From Dicyema japonicum (lineage: Eukaryota > Animalia > Dicyemida): DNA of 64,000 nucleotides. The notes beneath the pieces are model-generated. The model made no database searches, was not told where the DNA came from, and worked only from the letters and a program-made list of their open reading frames with translations. Shown here one piece after another: positions 49,950 through 62,200 of this stretch (positions are counted from its first letter, which is position 1; each line of letters begins with the position of its first letter). The DNA is taken from NCBI GenBank assembly GCA_011109175.1, contig RDEW01000046.1, positions 347,317 through 411,316 of the forward strand. Reading direction: 5' to 3'. The position numbers were made by a program, and so were the translations under genes.

Positions 49950-51600
49950 TGTTGAACCTGCAGAATGATTTAAGGATCTTATCCGAAATTACTGTTGATC
50001 CGCAAACTTTTTCCAAATTGAAACAAGAACGAAGGCAAATCGAGAGGAAATTCAAACTCTTAAACAAGCAACATCACACCACTTAGTTCGAAAACAAGAT
50101 TAAAGAGGTCGAACGCCTTAAAAATAACCCTGACATTTCTGGCTATAGACTAATGAAGAGAAACCAATCAAGGAAGCTTCTTTTGGACGGCAGAAATGAA
50201 AAAAAAACAATTAGAAATTCTACCGAACAGGCAGAGTTCGTCGCATCGCACTTTGAACAACTGTGAAAGGAGAGAATCGGACTTCACGCCAGAGGATAGC
50301 GATTCGAACGGTTCATCTCACCAAAGGAAGTCTCCAGAGCGATAAAGAAGCTCAAATTTAGTCGCTCTCCGGGACCATACAACATATCCTTAGAATTGTT
50401 AAAATTAGGCCCAGCATAACTTGCAGAGAAACTCTCAAATTGCTGAATGATATGATAGCTAACAAGAATTTTTCAGAGCTTGGAAAATGGGTACTAATAC
50501 CTGTCCAAAACGCAGATAAACCCACCGGACTTGTTGAAAACTTGCGTCCTGTCATTTTTCTAATTACCCTGCGGAAAATCCTAGTCCTGATCGTACTTAA
50601 TCGGATCCAAGAATCAGTGGACGGGAACTTGGATCATAGCCAAAGTGGTTTCAAAACTGGGAGATCAACAGCTAATGAAGTATGGTGCCATAGGTGGCAT
50701 TGTTCAAGGACTATTATTGGAATTAATCTCACCAGAGCATTCGATACTTTTATTAAAGTGCTGGAAAGTTTCCTGGACTCGGTCACCTTAATACGGATAC
50801 TCCTATCAAAAAAAGTGTTGCGAGTGTGTATTGGAAACTGTATGTCGTGAGAAATCGTGACAATAGTAAGCACACTTCAAGGAGATTCCCTCTCTCCGGT
50901 ATTGTCGCTTTATATCTTTAATCTGTTCTGAGATTTCCGGAAGTATTACAGCGACGATATTATGGAAATTGTTTAAGCCGATAATGGAACGCCACGAATA
51001 CGGATATTGTCGAGATCAACGGATGGAACCACGAATACCGAAAACTGGAGGAAGACCACAAAACTTGACTCTCTTCTTGGAACTCCAAAGACATTGCCAG
51101 AAGGAAATTGTTATCTACGGTGACCATATAAAAGCTTTTGAAAGGATGGCTCTCAAGGCGTCCAGCCTACCCATCAATCTGACTCAGATTATATGAGGCT
51201 TTCGTGAAACTGATCCTTGCGTATAACTCTGGAATTCTGGGAATCTCGAAAACCGACGGGAAAAGGCTCGACTTCTTTCATAATAATCAATTTCGATATC
51301 TCTTGGGATTAAAGTTGCCAATGCGTGTAAGGAGTGAAGCATTTTACAAAGGATACTCTCTGGACTTGTGACCATCTTGATCACGAAGATGCACTGGAAA
51401 CTGTTTGGTCACATTGGGGAGAATTCCCAGAGGAGGGTGGAAGCTCATCCTTGAGCTGTTCAATGCGAAAAGTATAAGTTTGTGCGAACTGAAAAACGTT
51501 AACAAATTTGTTAGGCAACATTGCAACGGTGGTATCTGAATCACCATATGGATGCTCGAATTCGTTTAACCTAAGAGAAGGATTTATTTAGAACCCCGGA
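49950..51600 (+). mobile_element. Degenerate RTE-like LINE remnant
   Basis: NLRPVIFL, QSGFKTGRSTA..VWCHRW, GINLTRAFD and HWKLFGHI, as in the 8373-10830 family. Confidence 0.75.
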
Positions 51601-52480
51601 TCAACAAGAAAATCAGAAAAAACGTCAGTGAACTTTTACAGTCGAGGTGATTGGCCAGACGTCTCTACTTCTGATTGATACTTTTATTTAGTTTTCTGAT
51701 GAATTTCAAAAATTTCAAGTCCGTCGGATGACATCTTTCCATAAAGTTTCTTTGTTTTATGAGTGTCAGGGAATTGAGGGTATAAAATTCTTGTATGATG
51801 AAAGAGAAATAAATATGTTGTCAGCCTTCTGAATGCCCACGTTGATGATTCTTGCGGCTTCATCTTTCGAATTTATATGGGATGATAGTCCTTTGACCAA
51901 TTCCATGTCACGAAATCAGAGAAGCCAGACCAATCAAACTTATAGTTCTTGAAACTTTTCGCTTCAGTCTGCAATGTCCGGCGTCTCAGAAATCCTCTAT
52001 TAACATAAGAATGATGGATTATGGTTGCTGGAAAAATCATAATTCACATCCCATGTAGCAAGTCACGCTAAAGAGGGTAAACAAAAGGTTAAATCGAGAG
52101 AAGTATTCCTTAATTGGGTTCTTGTGTGTAATTTAGGGTCATTCAGGATAATCATATCAATAAGACCATGAACTCGGCTGTCAGAGGAATGTGAAGCAAG
52201 TTCGATTTCGGAGAGGAGAGCTCCAGAATATTCTTTCTAATTCCATTTGTATTAGATGTAGAATTATTAAGTCTCCACGTGGACCAGGGTTTGTTTCAAT
52301 GTCGCCACATAGGAGGATCAATAGTCCAGAACAATGATGACAAAGTCGGAGGCACAGGTCACAGGAACACCCAAATAATGGGATCTTTCGTTCCTTTCCG
52401 GAATGGGTGACACCTTTTCTGGTGAGCCACTAGACAACACGTTAAGCACATTGCCACGTTCTTATAGTCAATTCACTACT
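51600..52480 (-). mobile_element. LINE remnant with an intact 2A-like motif ahead of the APE domain
   Basis: 52280-52324 reads LLILLCGDIETNPGP, then RGDLIILHL and, frameshifted, TNGIRKNILEL. Later SNHNPS (SDHxP-like). Confidence 0.8.
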
Positions 52481-52559
52481 CGAAATCCTCACGCGGGGTG
52501 GAGTCTATATGTTCCAACCCCATTAAGGAGCACGATGTGAGTCATTTTTTGCTGATGTA

Positions 52560-53190
52560 AGAAAAGGATTCGTTCCATAATCTTTTTGTATACAAACCTT
52601 TAAAAAATAGAGTTCAAAATCTAATTCATACATCGACTTAAATCCCAGTTTTATTTAGCGGATTCCTCGTAATCGCGTATTTCGAATAACATCGATCACT
52701 GTACCAAGAAAAACGATCATATAAATCTAAAAAATAACATTACTTATTCAGGTCAATCTGCAAAATAACATAATTTTATTTACCTTTTTAGGTCAATCAG
52801 ATTCACCTGACATCTCTCATTTGGTACATTAGCAAAAATATGAGTCAAATCGTCACATTACTTCGATGGTACTGAAACCACCATGTGTCGCAGTTCTTCA
52901 CTACTTACCGAATGATCTCCCGCTTTATGGAACAGAATCATTTTGTCCACAATGGTTCGTCCTGTGGATCCCTTCAGCGATAATTTTCATTTCTTCGTTG
53001 CTTGTGGACGGTATCACTAATTTGTGATTGCTGTTGAATCTTTAAAAAAAGCTTTCTGTCTTTCAAAAGAAAGTTTTCAGCTTTTTTTAAGTTGAAAATT
53101 GTTGACTGCAGGTAAATCAACATCTTGATTCTCGAGGATGGCTCGTATTTCTCATTATCTTTTACGGAAATTTTTGTATACGGCATTCGA
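52560..53190 (-). mobile_element. Second, decayed Ginger-like integrase remnant with a 26-nt intron
   Basis: KAENFLLKDRKLFL, IAEGIHRTNHCGQN, EIIR*VVKNCDT, FANVPNERCQVNLIDLK|intron 52758-52783, and VID.CYSKYA. Confidence 0.72.
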
Positions 53191-53399
53191 TCAACGTGAA
53201 AAAATATTATAGCTAAGAAAGAGAAAACATGGTCATTCTCAACAATAACGTCATCCTAGCTTGGTGTTCCTCATGGGATCAATGTACTTCGTGTAGGATC
53301 GTGCCATTGACAAGAGTTCAAATGAAATGAACTACGGGCCCGTTCTCCTTGCTAAGGTCTCGAAGGGAATATGGAATCCGCCGAAGTTTGTCTCATACA

Positions 53400-55650
53400 A
53401 ACCGCCGATAGGTCTTTATTCAAGCGGAGCTGAAGATCGACGTGGCTTTGATTCAAGAGACGAAACTGCCTATAAACAGTCCTACCCCAGTGTTACCTAG
53501 ATACAAGTCAATACGGACTGACCTGAAGAGGAAGTGGAATGGTGGCCTACTCATTTTATATCGGAAAGACCTTAAATTTGTGGAAATCACTTCAGTGGTA
53601 AAGAATATCTTGGGAGACAACGATGTTACTGAAGTCACTTGGAACAACATATGGAAAAATTACCTTTGTGAACGTCCATGTGCTTCACCTGGTTCTTGCC
53701 AGAAGCACTACACTATGCCCAATTTATCTACTTTGGCTTCCTTGAACGACTGATCATTGGTGGGGATATCAACGCCAAATACCCTCTATGGCTGGCAAGT
53801 CAACCGTCCGATTCGAGATGAAAAGTACTACTTTCGCAGACAGGACCTTTCACGGTCATGAATGATCCGTCAAAACACACGAGAACCCTCTTCAGGGAGT
53901 CAGACCAACTAACTTCTTCAAACATCACGCTTCGTTCCTTAGGCCTGACGGTATCCACTTGGTCAGTCACTTACAACTCAAGAAGTGACCATAATGCCAT
54001 CCTTTTGAAGACCAAGAAAGAAACGTTAACTAGGAGGAGGTCCCTAGAAAAATTCAACTACAAACGCGCAGACTAGAGACTTTACCGTAAACTTACTGAC
54101 AACCTACTGCAGTACCTGGATGGCATTACTTCCATGGACAAAGTAGTCGCTTATGTAAACCGCGAAATCACTATCTGTACCTAAACACCACCTTAACTAC
54201 ACCAGGGATATGGCAGGAAGAAATTAATCAAGGAAAGAAACTAACTCAAAAAGTCTGGCCGATTAACTACTGAGGATAAGCTTAGACTGAAGGCTTTGAA
54301 CAATGAACTAAAAAACATGGAGGTAAAAACACAAATATCAAGATGGAAGCTACTGAAATTTGGAAGACCATCCGAGACGTCTCAAGAGAGGATAATAGAT
54401 CGTCCGAGGTGGATCACAGCCAAAATGACTTAAATAACCTAATACAATAATATGTGAAAAATATCCCATAAGGACCACCGGTCGCGTTATTGTATTTTGT
54501 GTCGAAAATTCTGGAAGGGCTGGTTCTTGCGAAAATCAAAATTTTCATCCCGGACTTGTCATTTCAACATGGTTTTAAAAAGGAGAGGTCTACTTCGACC
54601 CACTTATCTGCATTGACTAACTTTATACGATATGGTTTCTCGCACAGGCCGGGACACATGAAGACTGTACTTTGCTCCATAGACGTTTACAAAGTTTTTG
54701 ACTCTGTGTCAAGGAAAATTCTTACTTGGAAAATTTATTAAACAAAGATCTATGGAAGGCTCAAACTCTGGCTAGCTCTCTCCCTTAGTGGTCAGAAAGG
54801 ACAAGTCTGCAGTGGCCATTCAAGGTCTATTTCACGAATTCTCCCTAGTGGTGTTCCCTAAGGATCCCCATTGTCTCCATTTTATTCAACTTATTCATGG
54901 CTGACCTCCCCACTCCAGACTCCGAAAATGATATTATTCTAACTTATGCCGACGACATCGTCATTGCGTCACGCGATCAGACATCCAGATTGTCACTTCG
55001 AGATTGCAAGAAATCTGGACCGTCTTGACAAATGGCTATCGAAGAATCGCCTAACTGCCAGCAGTGAAAAGTCTGTAACAACCCTATTTACTTCAGACAA
55101 GAGACTGGGAAGACGGACGGTCGAACTGAAAGCAAACAATGAAGCTATTTCTTTCAGAAAATCCCAAAGGATCTTTGGGTGACTTTTGACATGCATATGT
55201 CATTCTACCCTCATGTTGAAACTGTAATTACGAAATGCGAAAAAAAACTAATGTTCTGAAATGCCTCACAGACTTATGGAAAATCGAAAAGCATTCTGTT
55301 TTGAGCTCTATATATAAACAATTCATTGAACCATGTATCTCTATGCATGTGGTATATGGGGCCCATTCATCTCTTGGACGACTGTCTTGAAGATCGCGGC
55401 TAGCCGGAAAAGAGCTTCCAAAATCACGGAACGCTGGATTTCTGGAAAGTCCGAGCCACCATTGCCACTTGAAGCCTTGATAAGAATGAACTGTCGTGAC
55501 TGCGAAGATCCAGTCACTCGACCGATACGTGCTTGTGTGGGGTTCAGGGAGCAGCATTGGGCTAAGATGAGGTCCCTGCTAAAGCCTGCTGGGATCACTT
55601 AATTAGTTAGTTTTTGTAACCGCGGTCTCTGGTGTTATTATTATTATAGA
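53400..55650 (+). mobile_element. Degenerate LINE ORF2 (APE-RT-3' end), (TTA)n tail
   Basis: DVALIQETKL, GGLLILYRK, GGDINAK, SDHNAI, QHGFKKERST, SIDVYKVFDSV, YADD and GGGATCAC at the 3' end. Confidence 0.85.
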
Positions 55651-55654
55651 TCTT

Positions 55655-57311
55655 CATAGACCAGTTGATCTTGATTACCGATTTGAGTTGAGATCTGTGG
55701 AAAGAGTCATGACGGTCCATTTCCCGTTTAGAGGTCGCCAAGTCCCAGATTTGTAGGTTAGTACCGGGATGACAAAAGTTTTGTATATTCTGAGCCTGGT
55801 GATTAGTCCTATCCTCTTCTTGTGGCTCCATATTGACGATATTTTTTTCAGTGCACTCATAGCAATGATCTTCCTACGAGTAACATCTTCAGAGTCTCCT
55901 AGAAGCGGGTCCATCTTCTTTTACCTTCTCCATGGCTCGTACAATCTCCGATCATTACGTGTAAGCGTCGTAAACTCCGTTTTGTCGGGATTTACGGATA
56001 AGAACCATTTCGAAAATATATGTGGGAGTACGCTGAGCATGTGCTGAAGTGTTTGAGTATCCTCAGAAACAAATTCCAGATCGCTGCATAAATTATCTCG
56101 TCATCGTTGTTTCCATTAAGGACTTAAACTCTTTTAGTGCAGCTTCAAGGTAAACAATAAAGAGGCCCGTGGATAGCGAGTCCCCCTGTGGAACTCCACG
56201 TGAAGTCGGAAAAAAAGTTGGAGGTACATTTGCCAATTTTGACAGAAAGATGAGTGTTCCGCATGAGAAGGAGTATTATTTTAACATCGTCAGAGTGAAG
56301 AAAACTCTTCAGAATTTCCATGAGTTTTCCCGGTGTACCGAATCGAATGCACGGGACATATCAATGCCAAGTATTTCAATAGATTTTTTAAACTTTTGGA
56401 ATAGAGTGTCAGAAATCCACTTTGGCCGGGGGATAGGAATCTGTTCACTGTTTTTTATCCGGTATAATGCAATGAGAGACAGTGTTTTGCGTATGGAAGT
56501 TAGTAGAATTATTGGTCTAAGGTTGCAAAGGGGATCTTTGTCTTTCCTGGGTTTTTGTAGAGGTATTAGCCACCCTTTTCCTAGTTCAACGCATTATCTT
56601 CCTGGAGAGATCGATTGATAACATTGGTGATAATTTTGGCTATCCTGCAGATCTTTCGGTGTTCAGTTTTTGATTGCTTGAAGAGTTTCCTAAACGCTTA
56701 TTGGGTGCAATAAAGTGGATTTGTCAGGTTTTGATAGTTTCATTGTGTGGTTAATTTCACTGTGCGAGTTGAATAGAGGATCAAAATGCAAAGCTATTGT
56801 ATTACTTTGTTAACGCCTCCAATGACAGTATGACCGAGGTTATTGTGGACAGTGATCGGGGCCGAACTTCTCCTTCTGTTAAGGAGGCGAATTTCATTAA
56901 ACATCCTTGGTCAGTCTTTATATTTTGTTATTTCGGAAATTTGATTTTCTGCTTCACTTCTGGTAAGGAATTTTTGTATTTGTTTGATCTTTGTTAGGAC
57001 TCTGCCTCTCTGGGTGCGGAAATCGTTGATTTTTTTGGTGCACTTGTATTTTCTGATCGGAGCCTGAGCTCTTTTTGTATTACAGAAAGTCGTCTTATAT
57101 CCTGACTGCTTTGTTTGTGACTGAATTTGAGGGTGAAACCCAAAACATTAGAGGCTACTTTTTATATAGTAACGACTATTTCCTCCTATACTTTATTTGC
57201 TGGTTGATTTTCGTTAATGGAGTTGATGTTATTCCTCAGAGTTGTACTATATCAAAGACTGGTAGATTCTTCATAACGTCTCCGTGTCGTATTGTACTGA
57301 GGCGATACCTT
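55655..57311 (-). mobile_element. Older copy of the RTE-like family of 8373-10830
   Basis: Collinear nucleotide similarity (GIDMSRAFD, GVPQGDSLS, LLGDSEDVTRRK), multiple indels, runs into the assembly gap. Confidence 0.85.
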
Positions 57312-57905
57312 NNNNNNNNNNNNNNNNNNNNNNNNNNNNNNNNNNNNNNNNNNNNNNNNNNNNNNNNNNNNNNNNNNNNNNNNNNNNNNNNNNNNNNNNN
57401 NNNNNNNNNNNNNNNNNNNNNNNNNNNNNNNNNNNNNNNNNNNNNNNNNNNNNNNNNNNNNNNNNNNNNNNNNNNNNNNNNNNNNNNNNNNNNNNNNNNN
57501 NNNNNNNNNNNNNNNNNNNNNNNNNNNNNNNNNNNNNNNNNNNNNNNNNNNNNNNNNNNNNNNNNNNNNNNNNNNNNNNNNNNNNNNNNNNNNNNNNNNN
57601 NNNNNNNNNNNNNNNNNNNNNNNNNNNNNNNNNNNNNNNNNNNNNNNNNNNNNNNNNNNNNNNNNNNNNNNNNNNNNNNNNNNNNNNNNNNNNNNNNNNN
57701 NNNNNNNNNNNNNNNNNNNNNNNNNNNNNNNNNNNNNNNNNNNNNNNNNNNNNNNNNNNNNNNNNNNNNNNNNNNNNNNNNNNNNNNNNNNNNNNNNNNN
57801 NNNNNNNNNNNNNNNNNNNNNNNNNNNNNNNNNNNNNNNNNNNNNNNNNNNNNNNNNNNNNNNNNNNNNNNNNNNNNNNNNNNNNNNNNNNNNNNNNNNN
57901 NNNNN
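57312..57905. other. Assembly gap (run of N)
   Basis: 594 N characters. Confidence 1.
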
Positions 57906-58330
57906 TCCGAGCGCTCCTTGAAACTATAGATGACGAGACTGATGACGTGTTGGGAGATTTTCTTACCTATTTTGAGACAACATGGATTGTAGCCTTGCGA
58001 CGTGGAAGGAGAAAACTATTGTTTAGTTTGGAAATGTGGAATGTACACGACAGACAGCAGAAGGTCTCCAAGAACTACGAATTCACTTGAAGGATGGCAC
58101 AGATCTTTTTCACAAAGAGTTTCAATAAAACATCCAACCGTTTGTCGGCTTGTTGCAAAAATACGTAAAGAACAGTCGGAGTGAGAGCTCACCGTAGAAC
58201 AAGTGATGGCCGGAATAACAAGTAAAGAAGTACCAGGATGTGAACAAAAGGATAAACAGTATTATTGAAAAATATGATAAATACACTCCAGTAGAATTTT
58301 TGACTGCGCTTTCTCATAACCTTTAAGTAA
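57906..58330 (+). mobile_element. MULE transposase C-terminal fragment
   Basis: FLTYFETTWI...FSLEMWNVHDR...PRTTNSLEGWHRSF...HPTVCRLVAKIRKEQ. Confidence 0.85.
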
Positions 58331-58339
58331 ATGTTTTTA

Positions 58340-58640
58340 TCTTGAATTTTATATCTGAATTTTAAAACCAGAATTGTCATGTCTGGACACTTTTGTTTTT
58401 GGGATGGTTTGCGGAATTTGATCACCAAGAGTAGGAATAATTCTCCCTTTGTAGGGAGAAGGTAGTGAGCTGAATGTTCCAACGTTTTACATTTGTAAAG
58501 GAATTGTAGACTGAGCATTTTGAAATGGTCCCTGATTGGGAGAATTTTTGATTCCCAGTATAGGTGGTCATTGTGGTTTTTAGACAGCCAGTAACTATAA
58601 CTAGTAACTATTCTTATAGCAGAGTTTTGAGTCATTTGTA
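58340..58640 (-). mobile_element. LINE C-terminal fragment
   Basis: QNSAIRIVT...HLYWESKILPIRDHFKMLSLQFL (Jockey/I-like). Confidence 0.65.
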
Positions 58641-59049
58641 TTTTTTCGACGTTTGTTATTGATAAACAGGGACATCAGGCAGGAACAGCATAGTTCATCG
58701 TTGTTCTGATAAATTGTCTATAGACATTGGTCAAACTCTCTTTGCTCTAGCCAAGTGACTTACCNGGAACAACAAGAACATACATCCAGTCAGTTGTATT
58801 GAAAAGGGCTGTTAATCCACTGATATCTTCTTTAAATGCTGTCACGGTAAAGAACAAAAGACGCTGTGAAATGATCTGACAAATAGGAAATCCACCCTAA
58901 TTTGTTGTCACAAGATGGGGAAGCTGGCTAATAGCATCCAAATATTAATCCCAGAATCTTCCAGAAAAAATAAAAATTGATTCTAAATTTGAAGGAGATG
59001 GAGTTTTAATCAAAAATGTTTCGATTTTAATTATTTTAGGCCAGAAAAC

Positions 59050-59660
59050 TCAGATTATTATTAAAACACATCAACCAGGTGTGTGACTGGCTATCCATGA
59101 ATTTGCTGTCTGTGTCTGCATCCAAGTCTCAGTTCACGCAATTTATTACAGACAGAAGATTTAAAGGTGGACTTGAGATTTTCCTCGGAAACATTCCCAT
59201 TCTTTATACACGAATCCAGAAAATCCTTGGAGTAACTTTCGACTCTCTGATGACGTTCGCCAGTCACACGGAGGAGGTGTTAACCAAGGGTCTTCGAAAA
59301 TAGAACGTCCTAAAAGCCATCGTAAAGAAGAGCCCCTTCCCTCCTACTGCTTGTATCAGCAAAGTATATCTCTTAGAGGAGGCGACAGTGAGACATGGCT
59401 TGGGCTTCCTACGTATGTGCAATGAGCTAGGAAACCCATTCAGAGAGAGGGTGGTTCATGCGGAGGAATTCAGATCGGCATTAAAAAAGTGCACTCCGAT
59501 AGAATTCCTTTGCAGAAATAAAAGAAGACACTTCAGAAACGCTGTTGGTTCACTGGCGGAGCATTCGAAAAGAATTCGAGAGATCTTGGAAGCTGGGATC
59601 ACTTAATTTATCAAGTTAATTATTTCTTGGTTGTCTCGGGGTTTTAAAAAAATAAAATAA
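59050..59660 (+). mobile_element. LINE 3' fragment
   Basis: QKILGVTFDSLMTFASH, GGGATCAC 3' motif and an A-rich tail. Confidence 0.75.
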
Positions 59661-59876
59661 AACTACCCACCTTACTTGTTGACAAAATTCATCAAGGAAA
59701 ACCTTCAACGCAAACCTCGGCATCAAAAGACCATTTTGTGTTCCATTGACATACAGAAGGCTTTTGACTCAATACCGAGGAAACTGCTCACTAAGAAGAT
59801 TAATGGCTCTAACATTCTGAATAACCTGAAAATTTGGCTTGCTAATTTCCTCAACGGAAGAAGAGGAAGAGTAATA

Positions 59877-61597
59877 TGTCACATGGGCGGCGCGTAACGC
59901 ATGGGCAGCCTGTTACATTTTTTCGACCTTGAAAAGGTCTTTTGATTATCCGACATTATTATTATTACCCCAGGATCACTGGGTCAAAAAGAAAGAAATA
60001 AAAGTTCTCATCTAACTAAGTGATCCCAGACCGACAAAGATGAAATAGAGTCCTCATTGGATTATCCGACATTTAATTTTATATATCCGATTTATATCGT
60101 GATTTAATCCTGTTAAATTAGTTTTTTATTCATAAATGTTATGATTATAAAGATTTTATTTTTTATAGCGGTAAACCTAGATTTCTAGCGTGATTTATAG
60201 CATGGAAGATTATTTTGTTGCAATGGCTTCTTACAAGGGTTTTGTGAAAGATTGAGTTGAATATCAAACTTTGAAAGATGCTTTGCATGATAAATTTCCC
60301 GAAAATCTTCCGAGGCATTGAAAATATAGGCTTGTAAAGAAGATAGAGAATTTTTCTATTATCAATGACAGGTATTGTAAATTGCAATAATTTTAGACTG
60401 TATCTTATATCAACTGATTCCAAGTTAGTCATATCCCTGGATAATGAAACCGAAATGGAGCATGTTGCGAAATCGTTGCACGAGTTTTCACACGGAGGAG
60501 TCAATAAAATTGAGTATGAATGTCGACAAAAATACTTCACTGTAAAGAATGAGATTATCAGAAAAGTCATTCGAAATTGTGAAGTCTGTAAATTTTCGCG
60601 TCCTTTAAAAGTTCGTGATTTTTTTAATTGGAGATATAAATCACCATATGTTTGCTTCTTCTCCAAATGAACGTTTTCAGGTAGATCTAATAGACCTGAA
60701 AAAATTTTCAACATTAAATGAAAATTTCAAATGAATTTTAGCGGTCATTGACATATATAGTATGTTGGTTTTTTTTAATTTATAGATTCGCTTTTGTACG
60801 ACCACTCTATAATAATTCTGGTAAAGAAGTATGTGAAAACTTAAGATCTTCGTTCCGCCTGAATGGGCCATGTAAATTTCTTCAGTCGGACAATGGTTCT
60901 GAATTTAAAAATCAAGAAATAACAAAACTTTGCGAAGATTTTAACATTAAGAAAATTCACGGAAGGCCTAACAATTCACGAGCACAAGGACTAAGATAAT
61001 TTAAGTGATGAGTGTGCGATTCCAGAACAAATTGACGATTTGGTTAATTGTTCGACTCCAGAATCTATTGAAAATTCACGTAGTTTGATTTAAAAAAATT
61101 TATATCTAGATAATTCCCAGTCAGATAATTTGTGTCCGAATGCGAAGAGATTCAATTTCGAAATTAAATCGATTGAAGAAAATTCTAATTATTACAAAGC
61201 TATGAACAGGAAAATGAATGTTCATAATAGTAAATATACTTTTAACATGGGAGATAAAGTATGAATTAAAAACATTAATAAATAGGTTCGGGCTAAAAAG
61301 GACTTTGGAACAAATCCCTCATTGCGACTGGATAAGTTTGAGTCTCAGTATTATCCAGTTGCAGAAATAATTAATATTTTATCGAATAATCGCGTGGAGG
61401 TAGTTTTAAATAGTTTAATTTGATAGATAAAAAATTCGAAAGGAGAAATATCGACTGTATTAATGAGTAGACTAAAAAAAGTTACTTAAATTTAATTTTT
61501 TGTGGTTAATAAATCATTTATAAAATTAATTGAAGTTAATCTTGGTTCAAGGTTAATGTAACAGGCTGCCCATAGGTAACGCTTGGCCCATGTGACA
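59877..61597 (+). mobile_element. Complete-ended Ginger-like DNA transposon (retroviral-type integrase) with micro-introns, inactivated
   Basis: 43-bp TIRs starting TGT (59877-59919 and 61555-61597, 37/43 identical) and a 5-bp TSD TAATA. HHCC finger (LHEFSHGG...CEVC), ERFQVDLID...VID and QSDNGSEF...HGRP. Introns at 60372-60396, 61259-61285 and 61400-61426, probably also about 60615-60633 and 60764-60785. Confidence 0.9.
59958..60059 (-). mobile_element. About 100-bp LINE 3'-tail insertion inside the Ginger left arm
   Basis: GGGATCAC motif and (TAA)n tail. 14-bp TSD GATTATCCGACATT at 59944-59957 and 60060-60073. Confidence 0.8.
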
Positions 61598-61789
61598 TAA
61601 TATCCCATTCCACATCCTCAGTCACTAAATTTCTGCCTAAAGGGGTGCCGCAAGGATCCCCTCTCTCCAATTCTCTCCAAACTATTCATTAGCGACATGC
61701 CTTCTACGGTTACGACGATACCCTATTCTTTGCTTACGCCGACGAAAGAGAATTGCAATGATAAATTCCCGATTAAATGAAACTATGGA

Positions 61790-62200
61790 GCAACATAGTG
61801 ATCGTTTAATGCAAGTGAGGTTACATACACAATAAATTCGGGCTGAAGAATCAGCAAAACAGCAGAAACTTCGTTTAACCGAATTGAAGAAATATGCACA
61901 AAAATGCGGGCTGAAGAATTGGCAGAACAGAATAGCAGGTTGTATGTATGTGGCACCATAACTCGCGATAAAATTTAAAGGCGAAGTAGTAATGATTCCA
62001 AGAAGTAAAATCAGTTTGGAAGAGGACGATAACGTACCGTTTGAAAGAACTCAACTTCCAGTGAAGATCTGTTTTGCTATGACTGTACACAAAACCCAAG
62101 GACAGACGATGAACAAGGTATCAGTGCTTTTGGAAAGATCTGTGTTTCAACATGGACAACTCTACGTACTTTGAGCAGGGCAAAATTTAAAGTTTATATT
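61790..62200 (+). mobile_element. Helitron remnant (PIF1-like helicase C-terminus plus N-terminal repeat piece)
   Basis: KGEVVMIPR...PFERTQLPVKICFAMTVHKTQGQTMNKVSVLLERSVFQHGQLYV.LSR. Confidence 0.85.

Larger units (their letters stand above)
59670..61760 (+). mobile_element. LINE RT fragment split by the Ginger element (59670-59876 plus 61598-61760)
   Basis: Removing the insert and one TSD restores SIDIQKAFDS...NGRRGRVISHSTSSVTKFLPKGVPQGSPLS...YADE. Confidence 0.88.

Noticed and set aside
57075-58090. Long ORFs spanning X residues
   Set aside because: Artefacts of translating through the N gap.
60200-60740. TGA recoded as a sense codon (three in-frame TGA in the Ginger integrase, one at a Trp position in Merlin)
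   Set aside because: Host genes use TGG for Trp and show no in-frame TGA. The same Ginger copy also has a TAA and a deletion, so ordinary decay explains it.
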